64,000 nucleotides of DNA from Candidatus Eiseniibacteriota bacterium (lineage in GTDB: Bacteria > Eisenbacteria > RBG-16-71-46 > SZUA-252), in the NCBI GenBank assembly GCA_003235575.1, contig QJVW01000069.1, positions 9,131 to 73,130 of the forward strand, given 5' to 3'. The position numbers and the translations under genes are program-made. The notes below the pieces were generated by a model that saw nothing but the letters and a program-made list of their open reading frames with translations, did not search any database and was not told where the DNA came from. Shown here in pieces: positions 56,207 to 64,000 of the stretch (its first letter is position 1; each line of letters opens with the position of its first letter).

Positions 56207-56967
56207 GGGCCGTCGCCGCCATCCTCGCCGCCACGATCGTCGCGGGCGCCTTCGGGCAAGAAGGCCGGGCCGTCGCCGCGCCGCAGCCGGAGAAGACGAC
56301 CCTTCCGCGCATGACGCTGACGCCGGCGGCGCCCGCGGACTCCGGCTCGGATCCCCGGACGTACGAGGCGACGATCCGCCGCTTCGCCACGCTCACCCCA
56401 TCCGATTCGATGGGGAACGGCGCGTACGCCGCGGCCGAGGCGGCGTTCGCGGCGGGCTCGTTCGACCAGGCGGCCAAGGCGTTCCATGATTTCGCCCGAC
56501 GCTATCCCCGCAATCTCAACGTCAACGATGCGCTATCGGCCATCCTCCTGATCCAGGAAGCGCGCGATTTCGAGGACCGACCGCTGCTTCTCTACGCGCG
56601 GGCGCGGGCGCATCGCGCCGGGGGACAGCCCGATTCGGCGCGGATTCTTCTCGCCGAGGCGGCGGAACGGTACCCGGGCGCCAAGGCGCGTCATCGAATC
56701 GCGTACATGCTGGCGGAATTGGCCCGTGAGCGCGCGGACCACGTCGGCGCCCTTCGCTGGGCGATGGTCGCGGCCGATACGGCATCCACGAACCGAACGG
56801 CCCCCTTCGCGCTTCGCATCGCGGCCGAATCGTCGCTCGATTTGGGCAAGCCGCCGCAGGAGGCGCTCGCCCTGTACAAGATCATCCTGGAGCGGTATCC
56901 CCACTCCGCGGTGACGCCGGAAGCCCGGGCGCGCGCGCTGCAGATCCGAAAGAGGATGCCGCAGTGA
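56203..56967 (+). CDS. Exported tetratricopeptide-repeat protein
   Basis: Signal peptide; repeated helical units with ..RYP.. motifs (BamD/CpoB-like TPR); ATGA overlap. Confidence 0.7.
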   Translation: MRAVAAILAATIVAGAFGQEGRAVAAPQPEKTTLPRMTLTPAAPADSGSDPRTYEATIRRFATLTPSDSMGNGAYAAAEAAFAAGSFDQAAKAFHDFARRYPRNLNVNDALSAILLIQEARDFEDRPLLLYARARAHRAGGQPDSARILLAEAAERYPGAKARHRIAYMLAELARERADHVGALRWAMVAADTASTNRTAPFALRIAAESSLDLGKPPQEALALYKIILERYPHSAVTPEARARALQIRKRMPQ

Positions 56968-58232
56968 TGCGACTTCGCGCGCTGGTTCTGGCGGCCACGC
57001 TTGCCGTGGGGAGCCTGTGGCCCGCGGCAGCGGCCGCGCGCTTCCTGGTCCCCATGGACACGGCGCAGGCGGATCACCTGCGCGCGTATGGGCTCACGTA
57101 TTGGGCCCTCTCCCGCGGGCTGCACGGCGAGTGGCTGCTGAACTACCGCGGCGGCTCGTTCCTCCTTCCGGAGACGGAGAGTGTCCGCGAGGAGGCGTTG
57201 GTGCGCGGCGTGACCCTGGAGCAGGTGAGCGAGGCGGAGATCGCGCGCATCCAGGCGGAAATCGCGGACAACAACATGGAGACCATCAAACTGGAAACGG
57301 CCCCCCGCGTGGCCGTCTACGTCCCGCCGAATGCGCCGCCGTGGGACGACGCGGTGCAGCTGGCGCTGGAGTATGCCCAGATACCGTACACGAAGCTCTG
57401 GGACGCGGAGGTGCTGGACGGTCGGCTGGCCGACTACGATTGGCTCCACCTCCACCACGAGGACTTCACCGGGCAGTACGGAAAATTCTATGCCGCGTTC
57501 GCGTCCGCGGATTGGTACCGGCTGCAGGTCGCGGAGAACGAAGCCGTGGCCCAGCGCTACGGCTTCGCCAAGGTCTCGGAGCTGAAGAAGGCCGTGGCCC
57601 AATCGATCCGGCAATACGTCGCGCAGGGCGGTTTCCTGTTCGCGATGTGCTCCGCCACCGATACGTTCGACATCGCGCTCGCGGCGGCCGGCGTGGACAT
57701 CGTGTCGAAGGAGTATGACGGCGACGGTGTGACGCCGGGCGCGCAGGAGCGCCTCGATTTCAGCCGGACGCTGGCCTTCCAGAACTTCCAGCTGGAGATG
57801 AACCCGCTGGTCTACGAGTACTCGAACATCGATACCACGAACAAGGCGATCCTACGCGGACAGCGGGGCGACACCTTCACGCTGTTCGATTTCTCCGCGA
57901 AGCAGGATCCCGTGCCGACGATGCTGGTCCAGGACCACACGGCGACCATCAAGGGGTTCCTGGGCCAGACAACGGGCTTCGACAAGACGCTCCTCCGGCC
58001 GGGCGTGACGATCCTGGCGGAGACGCCGGGTTTCGACGACGTGAAGTACATCCACGGTCACTTCGGAAAGGGCACGTTCACGTTCTACGGGGGACACGAT
58101 CCGGAGGACTATCAACACGCGGTGGGAGATCCGCCCACCGATCTCTCCCTGCACAAGAACTCGCCGGGCTATCGGCTGATCTTGAACAACGTTCTGTTCC
58201 CCGCCGCCGAGAAGAAAGAGAAGAAGACGTAG
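56967..58232 (+). CDS. Conserved exported protein with class I GATase-like domain (family commonly labelled 'asparagine synthetase B')
   Basis: Signal peptide; WLLNYRGGSF, PWDDAV, DWLHLHHEDFTGQYGKF, GGFLFAMCSATD, GGHDPEDYQH, GYRLILNN.LFPAA. Confidence 0.75.
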   Translation: MRLRALVLAATLAVGSLWPAAAAARFLVPMDTAQADHLRAYGLTYWALSRGLHGEWLLNYRGGSFLLPETESVREEALVRGVTLEQVSEAEIARIQAEIADNNMETIKLETAPRVAVYVPPNAPPWDDAVQLALEYAQIPYTKLWDAEVLDGRLADYDWLHLHHEDFTGQYGKFYAAFASADWYRLQVAENEAVAQRYGFAKVSELKKAVAQSIRQYVAQGGFLFAMCSATDTFDIALAAAGVDIVSKEYDGDGVTPGAQERLDFSRTLAFQNFQLEMNPLVYEYSNIDTTNKAILRGQRGDTFTLFDFSAKQDPVPTMLVQDHTATIKGFLGQTTGFDKTLLRPGVTILAETPGFDDVKYIHGHFGKGTFTFYGGHDPEDYQHAVGDPPTDLSLHKNSPGYRLILNNVLFPAAEKKEKKT

Positions 58233-58342
58233 GAATTTCACCCTCGACAGCCCTCGGATCGGCTGGTACTCCTTGAAAGACCCCCGCGGTGCCTCCCCGC
58301 CGCCGGATATTCCAGCCCCCGACCTCGCACCGGAGGTGTCTC

Positions 58343-59143
58343 ATGCACGATACAGCGAAAGGACAAATCGACCAGGCAGCCGCCGAGGTCTACGACGAGT
58401 ATTTCGTGCCGGCGCTTTTTCAAGAGTGGGCGCCGCAAATGGCCGATGCCGCCGCCATTCGCGCCGGACAGCGCGTCATCGACGTGGCGTGCGGCACCGG
58501 CGTTCTGGCGCGGGAACTCATGGAGCGCGTCGGCGCGAAGGGCACCGTGGTCGGGTTGGACCCAAACCCCGGGATGCTCGCCGTGGCCCGGCGCAAGGCT
58601 CCAACCCTCGAGTGGCGCGAGGCTCCCGCCGAAGCGATTCCGCTTGGCGATGGGCTGTTCCACGCGGCGCTTTCGCAATTCGGGCTCATGTTCTTCGACG
58701 ATCAGGTGAAGGCGATCCGTGAAATGATGCGCGTCACGAAGCGCCGCGGCCACGTCGTCGTGTCCGTGTGGGACACGATCGAAGCGTCGCCGGGCTACGC
58801 AAAGCTCGCGGCGCTCCTCCACCGGCTCTTCGGCGCCGAAGCCTCCGCGGCGCTTCGAGCGCCCTATTGCCTGGGCGACACCAAGGACCTGATGGCGCTT
58901 TTCGAGAAGGCGGGCGTCGCCAACGCCAAGATCGAAACGCGCGCCGGAACCGCCCGCTTCAATTCGATTCGCTGGTGGATGAAAACCGACGTGCGCGGCT
59001 GGACGCTCTCCGACATGATCGACGATGCCCAGTTCGAGCGCCTGGTGTTCGAGGCGGAGGAGGAGTTGAAGGAATTCACCACGCCGCACGGCAACGTCGC
59101 GTTTCCGACGTCCGTGCACATCGTGAAGGCGGTCAAGTCGTAG
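58343..59143 (+). CDS. Class I SAM-dependent methyltransferase
   Basis: GGAGG RBS; VIDVACGTG, GLDPNPGML, QFGLMFF. Confidence 0.9.
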   Translation: MHDTAKGQIDQAAAEVYDEYFVPALFQEWAPQMADAAAIRAGQRVIDVACGTGVLARELMERVGAKGTVVGLDPNPGMLAVARRKAPTLEWREAPAEAIPLGDGLFHAALSQFGLMFFDDQVKAIREMMRVTKRRGHVVVSVWDTIEASPGYAKLAALLHRLFGAEASAALRAPYCLGDTKDLMALFEKAGVANAKIETRAGTARFNSIRWWMKTDVRGWTLSDMIDDAQFERLVFEAEEELKEFTTPHGNVAFPTSVHIVKAVKS

Positions 59144-59203
59144 AAAGCCGCCTCACGCCGCGAACACGGCGATCCATGGCGCTGCCGGTTGTCCCCGCCC
59201 CGT

Positions 59204-59329
59204 CTAGAGGGAGTGGAAGAAGCTCGCGATCAGGACGACGGCGAAGAAAACGATGAAGGGCAGGATCACCATCAGGGTGATGAGTCCGACCGCATGGACG
59301 GCCGGCGGGATGTGCATGTGATGAGACAT
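59204..59329 (-). CDS. Small His-rich single-pass membrane protein, 41 aa (not in ORF track)
   Basis: MSHHMHIPPAVHAVGLITLMVILPFIVFFAVVLIASFFHSL; AAGGAGG RBS; mostly G/C third positions. Confidence 0.7.
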   Translation of the reverse strand: MSHHMHIPPAVHAVGLITLMVILPFIVFFAVVLIASFFHSL

Positions 59330-59644
59330 GTCGCCCTCCTTGGAGGCGACACTCGCTCCGGGAGGACGCCTCCCGCCCGCGAAACGTGCAGAACGCGTAC
59401 CGTCGACGGCCGGACGGAGAAAAATCCGCCTATCTTTCTTCGGGGCACCCCGTTGCGTCGTCCCAAGGGGGCCGCGATTCGGGGCTGGATGCCCGACATG
59501 TCCTGACGTGATGGCAGGACCCCTGACAATTAGGTCACACCTGCGCGGCGTCCACCGTCCGTGGACCTGGCGGACCCGGGGCTTCGCTTGTCCGGAACGG
59601 ACGCGCCGTCTCCTGGATGGATCGGTCCAACTCCCTCCCCGCGT

Positions 59645-60286
59645 CTATTGGGACGCGATGATGATATTTCCGGCGCCCAACGTAGCGGTGATCTTCCCGT
59701 CCGCTCCGGTGCCGATGACGCCGTCGACGACGCGGTCCTCCACTTGGCCCACGACGGGGAAGCCGACTTGAATCGTGCCGGCGCCGACGGATAGCTCCAA
59801 CGCCACGTTCGCGCTCGGAGGCAGATTGATCCAGATGTTTCCGGCTCCGGCCATGAAGGAACATTGGCCGGCGGCCGGCCCCACGTAGGTGATGTCCGCC
59901 GCGCCGGCCTGAATCCACGGCAGCATGTCCGGTGGGATCGTGGCGTCCACATCGACCCATGCGTTGCTCAGGCCAAGCGGATTGGCCGTGGTGACGCGCA
60001 CGGTGTCCGCATCCGTGAGCATCTCCAGGTCGAGCTGGTCGAGATTCGATTCCTTCCGCGCCCATTTCACCGCCACGATATCCACGGCGTTCGCCGCGCC
60101 GGTCGTGACGTTGATGTTGCCCGCGAAATCGTTGATCTGGAGTACGCCTCCGGCGCCGACGACGAAACTGCTGTCGGATCGCGCGGAGAACCTTGGCGGC
60201 GATGAAGGATTCGACTCGTCCGAGCAGCCCAGGGCCGCGACGATCGAGAGAAGGGCGGCGCCCCACAGCGCGCGATATCGTTTCAT
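59645..60286 (-). CDS. Lipoprotein with DUF4097/adhesin-like beta-strand repeats
   Basis: Lipobox ALG-C; repeated (A/G)G(N/D/T)I units; AAGGAG RBS. Confidence 0.78.
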   Translation of the reverse strand: MKRYRALWGAALLSIVAALGCSDESNPSSPPRFSARSDSSFVVGAGGVLQINDFAGNINVTTGAANAVDIVAVKWARKESNLDQLDLEMLTDADTVRVTTANPLGLSNAWVDVDATIPPDMLPWIQAGAADITYVGPAAGQCSFMAGAGNIWINLPPSANVALELSVGAGTIQVGFPVVGQVEDRVVDGVIGTGADGKITATLGAGNIIIASQ

Positions 60287-60420
60287 CTCTCCATCTCCTT
60301 CCTTCGTGATTCCAACGTCCGACGTCTCCGATTCCTGCGGCGGCGACCCACGTGTCCCCAAATCGTGCCGGGCGGGCGTACGAGGTGAAAGCGGTCCGAT
60401 GGTAGGTTCCCGAGGGCGGT

Positions 60421-61083
60421 CTACCCTCGGTACAGCTCCAAAATCCCGAACGTGTTGTTCACGCCGTGCGCCAGCGCCGCGGGCCAGATGGACCAGCGGC
60501 CGGCCAGCGTGACGGCGCCGAAGACGAGGCCGCTGGCGGCGGCGCCCGCGATGCCGGCGGGGCCCTGATACGCGTGCACGATGCCGAACATCGCCGCCTG
60601 GAGCACCAGGGCGAGCGCCATCGCCCGCCGTGTGTCGCCCAGCGCGAACGTGATTCCGCGCATGAGGACGATCCGGTACGCGACCTCCTCCCCGAACGCC
60701 GCGAAACTCCAACTCATCGCCAGCAGCCCGGCCAGCGCTCCCGGCGAGCCCTTCACGTCGGCGAACCGATCCAGAATCCGCGGTCCGCCAAGTAGCCCTT
60801 CGAGCATCGGTTCGAGCGCGACGTCGAAGACGCGCAGGACCGCGATCGCGGCGAGGGCCAGCAGAAGATGGCGCGGGCCGAGGCGTGTTCCGAAGCCCAC
60901 GCGGTTCAGCGGCAGCCCCGCGCGCAGCAGCAGAACGGTGAACACGACGACGACGATGATGTAACCCGGTGTCGCGAACCCCGACCACGGCGTGAGGGCG
61001 CCGGGGTACGTGCCCGCCGCCCGCAACGCGCCCATCGCCAACAACCCGAGGCCCAGTCCCGGGATCAGCCATCGAACGCTCAT
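60421..61083 (-). CDS. CPBP (CAAX protease/Abi) intramembrane glutamic endopeptidase
   Basis: GEEVAYR, FGIVH.YQG, AHGVNN motifs; multi-TM. Confidence 0.88.
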   Translation of the reverse strand: MSVRWLIPGLGLGLLAMGALRAAGTYPGALTPWSGFATPGYIIVVVVFTVLLLRAGLPLNRVGFGTRLGPRHLLLALAAIAVLRVFDVALEPMLEGLLGGPRILDRFADVKGSPGALAGLLAMSWSFAAFGEEVAYRIVLMRGITFALGDTRRAMALALVLQAAMFGIVHAYQGPAGIAGAAASGLVFGAVTLAGRWSIWPAALAHGVNNTFGILELYRG

Positions 61084-64000
61084 GCTTCAGAACCTCCCGG
61101 CTCCACCTCCACCGCCGGCGCGATCAGCTGGTACATCACGGGCGTGACGATTCGCGCCAGGAGCGTGCTCGAGATCAATCCGCCGATGATCACCCACGCC
61201 AACGGAGAGTACATCGCGCTACCCTGCAGCGCGATCGGAAGAAGACCGCCGATCGCCGTCATGCTGGTGAGGACGATCGGGAGGAACCGGACCTCGCCCG
61301 CCTTTCGTATCGCCTCCTCCAGGGGGACGCCCCTCGATCGCATCTGGTTCGTCAGGTCCACCAGCAGGATCGAGGTCTTGATCTCGATCCCGATCAGCGC
61401 CACGAACCCGATCGTCGCGGTGAAGGAGAGCGTCGCCCCCACCGCCAGCAGCGCGAGAATGCCTCCCGCGATGCCGAGCGGAATCACGGAGGCCACGATC
61501 AGCACGGACCGGAACGTCCGGAACTCGAGCACCAGGATCGCCAGAATTCCGAAGATCGCCACCAGGATGGCGCCGCCGATCCCGCCGAAGCTCTCCTCGC
61601 GTGCCTCGATCTCGCCCGCGGCAACGATGCGATAGCCGGGCGGGATCTCCATTCGCCCGAGCCGCTCCAGCACCGCGCCCGTCACGCGGTCGGTGTTGTA
61701 GCCGCTCCGGACGTTGGCCGTGACCGTCACGCTTCGGCTGCGGTCGTAGCGCTGCATCTCGGGGACGGCGCGCTCGAACCGCACGTCCGCCACCTGCGCC
61801 AACGGCGTCAGACGGCCCGTGCTCGAACTGACGTACACCCGTTGGAGGTCGCGGGGATTCGGGCGACCGGTGCGACCCAGCCGCACCACCACGGCGCGCT
61901 CATCGCCGCTTTCCTCCCGCAGCGTGCCGGCCTCGAGTCCCGCCAATCCGAGCCGGATGGTTCGGTCGATCTCGATCGTCGGAATTTCCAGGAGTCCCGC
62001 CTTCTCGCGATTGAGGCGCACACGGAGGTCGGTCCCCGCCAAGCGCACGGGGTTCGTCACGTACTGGGTGCCGGGTGTCGTGTCGATCACGTCGGCGATG
62101 CGCGCCGCGATCGCGCTCAGGGAATCGACCGACGGTCCTTCGATCCGAATCGCGATCGGGGCCGCGATGGGGGGCCCATTCTCGAACTCGCGCACCGCCA
62201 ACTCGGCCCCGGGGTAGGCGGACAGCTTCGCGCGAAGGGAGTCCAACAGGGTGGGCGTGCGGTGGGCGTCGTATTCGTGGAGCAGCACGAACAGTTGCCC
62301 GGCCCGCGGACTGTCCACCCGCGGGTAGATGTTGTAATAGACGGTCGGATTGTCGTGTCCGACCGACGTGTAGATCGCCCTCACCTCGGGACGCTGCCGC
62401 AGAACCCGCTCGGCGAAGCGCGCGGCCGAGTCGGTCACGGCGATCGAGGCGCCTTCGGGCGCGGTGATGTCCACGTGGAACTGCGGCGTCTCTGCCTTGG
62501 GGAAGAGGGAGAAGCCGACGACCGGCACCAGCGCGACCGACACGAGCACGATCACCGCCGCGATCACGAGCGTCCACCGGGGATGCTTCAGGGCGCGGTC
62601 GAGCACCGGCGCGTACGTCTTGTGAATGCCGCGGTCGAACGCTTGAAGGTATCGATTCCCCTCGCCCTCCGCCTTCCGTCGGAAGAAGATGCTGGCGAGC
62701 CACGGAATGATCGTGAGCGATACGAGAAGCGACGCCAGCACCGAGAAGACGACCGCCATCGGCAGCGACCGGATGAACCGCCCCGGATTGCCGGGAAGGA
62801 AGATCAACGGGATGAAGGCGAAGAGTAGCGTCGCGGTCGCCCCGAGCACGGCGACCCAGATCTGCTTCGTCCCCAGAATGGCCGCCTCCCGCGGGCCGCG
62901 GCCCTCCCGCCGGAACCGCGTGATGTTCTCGACCACCACGATCGAATCGTCCACCAGCAGGCCGAGGGCGATCACCATCCCGACGATGGTCATTTGGTTC
63001 AGCGTGAACCCCGCCCAGGCCAGGGCCACGAGCCCGATCGCCAGCGAGAGCGGAATGGAGATCATGACGATCGACGCCGCGCGGAAGCCGAGCGGGAGGA
63101 GCGTCAGAGCCACCAGCGCGATCGCGATCAGGAAGTCCTCGGTCAACCGGTTCAGCCGGTGCGACACGTTGGCCGCTTGATCGAACCCGCGCTCCAGCGT
63201 CACCGTGCCCGGCAGGTCCTTCTCGAACGCATCGAGCGCGGCGTAGATCCTGTCGCGCACGGCCTGGACGGTGGTCCCCGCCTGCTGGTTCGCCGTGACG
63301 AAGACCGCACGGCGTCCGTTGAAGCGCGCGCGGTAGGTAGAGTCGGCCGAAGCCCAGCGCACCGTCGCGACATCGGAAACGTGGACCAACCGGCCGCGAC
63401 CACCGCGGATGACGGTGGCGCGGATCTCGTCCAGCGTCTCGTAGCTTCCCGATGAATGAACGCTGAAGCTCCGCCGCCCCGACTCCACCGCGCCCGCGGG
63501 GATGTCGGTGCTCTCGCCGCCGATGGCGCCGAGCACCAGTCCCACGGGGAGGCGAAGTTCCGCCAAACGTCCAAGATCGACGTCCACGTGGACCTGGCGC
63601 TTCGGCGCGCCCCACCGCTCCGCCTTCCGAACCCCGGGCACGGCGGTCAGCCGGTCCTGCAGCGCCTCGGCCAAAGAGTCGAGGGTGGCGAAGGACGCGT
63701 TCGGCGAAACGAGCGCCACCTGGACGATGTTCACGTTCAGCGTCGTCGAGCGCGTGATGTCCAGGCGGGTCAGCTGCGACGGCAGGTCTGGCCGGAGTGC
63801 GTTCACTTCGCGCGTCACCTCGTCGTACTTCCGGTCGGAGTCCTCGTCCGCGTCGAACTCGATGAACGTCGTCGCGACGCCGTCCCGGATCGAACTGCTG
63901 ATCCGCTTCACGTTCTCCAGCTCGTTCAGACGATCCTCGAGTTTCTTCACCACGAGCCGTTCCAGGTCGGTGGGGCTCGCGCCCGGGTAGACCGCGACGA
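61080..64000 (-). CDS. RND efflux permease (AcrB/AcrD/AcrF family), N-terminus beyond window
   Basis: YPGASP near window edge, GLLVDDSIVVVENI, GIEIKTSILLVD, RFLPIVLTSMT, GGLISST. Confidence 0.93.
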   Translation of the reverse strand, partial: VAVYPGASPTDLERLVVKKLEDRLNELENVKRISSSIRDGVATTFIEFDADEDSDRKYDEVTREVNALRPDLPSQLTRLDITRSTTLNVNIVQVALVSPNASFATLDSLAEALQDRLTAVPGVRKAERWGAPKRQVHVDVDLGRLAELRLPVGLVLGAIGGESTDIPAGAVESGRRSFSVHSSGSYETLDEIRATVIRGGRGRLVHVSDVATVRWASADSTYRARFNGRRAVFVTANQQAGTTVQAVRDRIYAALDAFEKDLPGTVTLERGFDQAANVSHRLNRLTEDFLIAIALVALTLLPLGFRAASIVMISIPLSLAIGLVALAWAGFTLNQMTIVGMVIALGLLVDDSIVVVENITRFRREGRGPREAAILGTKQIWVAVLGATATLLFAFIPLIFLPGNPGRFIRSLPMAVVFSVLASLLVSLTIIPWLASIFFRRKAEGEGNRYLQAFDRGIHKTYAPVLDRALKHPRWTLVIAAVIVLVSVALVPVVGFSLFPKAETPQFHVDITAPEGASIAVTDSAARFAERVLRQRPEVRAIYTSVGHDNPTVYYNIYPRVDSPRAGQLFVLLHEYDAHRTPTLLDSLRAKLSAYPGAELAVREFENGPPIAAPIAIRIEGPSVDSLSAIAARIADVIDTTPGTQYVTNPVRLAGTDLRVRLNREKAGLLEIPTIEIDRTIRLGLAGLEAGTLREESGDERAVVVRLGRTGRPNPRDLQRVYVSSSTGRLTPLAQVADVRFERAVPEMQRYDRSRSVTVTANVRSGYNTDRVTGAVLERLGRMEIPPGYRIVAAGEIEAREESFGGIGGAILVAIFGILAILVLEFRTFRSVLIVASVIPLGIAGGILALLAVGATLSFTATIGFVALIGIEIKTSILLVDLTNQMRSRGVPLEEAIRKAGEVRFLPIVLTSMTAIGGLLPIALQGSAMYSPLAWVIIGGLISSTLLARIVTPVMYQLIAPAVEVEPGGSEA

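Noticed and set aside
1..64000. tRNA, rRNA, CRISPR array, IS/integrase, prophage or defence genes
   Set aside because: No cloverleaf, repeat-spacer array, transposase, integrase or phage motifs found by inspection

Overview
High-GC (roughly 68-70% by eye) bacterial chromosomal segment that contains the replication-origin/partition region. The diderm envelope genes and the lipoprotein and DUF content suggest an FCB-group-like lineage (e.g. Eisenbacteria/Latescibacterota-like); this is inference only. Left to right: M29 aminopeptidase (partial) > < osmC < dnaA | rpmH-rnpA-yidD-yidC-jag-mnmE-mnmG-rsmG, two perfect parS sites, parA-parB and a second DnaA-box cluster. Then a long + strand run: moxR-DUF58-BatA/vWA-mfd-PPIase-surA-pdxA-ftsEX-envC-holB-ricT-metG-tatD-rsmA, an unknown beta-barrel with two lipoproteins, a divergent polysaccharide deacetylase and pdxJ. 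Next come a Pho locus (porin-pstSCA convergent with phoB-phoR-pstB-phoU) with 11-bp-phased boxes, secDF, a phosphoesterase/GATase pair, a DUF4159-DUF4175-like-TPR-Cys-protein operon, a methyltransferase, an unannotated 41-aa His-rich membrane protein and a RND-CPBP-DUF4097 module. I saw no tRNA, rRNA, CRISPR array or mobile element. Most notable: (i) the parS pair is mirror-symmetric, each site lying exactly 6 bp from a 25-bp YAA-N19-TTR element with IHF/HU-site geometry that recurs at other regulatory sites; (ii) a candidate MoxR-dependent envelope system split over two loci, one of which shares an ECF-type promoter motif with the surA operon; (iii) an uncharacterised barrel plus twin lipoproteins, one apparently leaderless. 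All family assignments come from motif recognition, not database searches.
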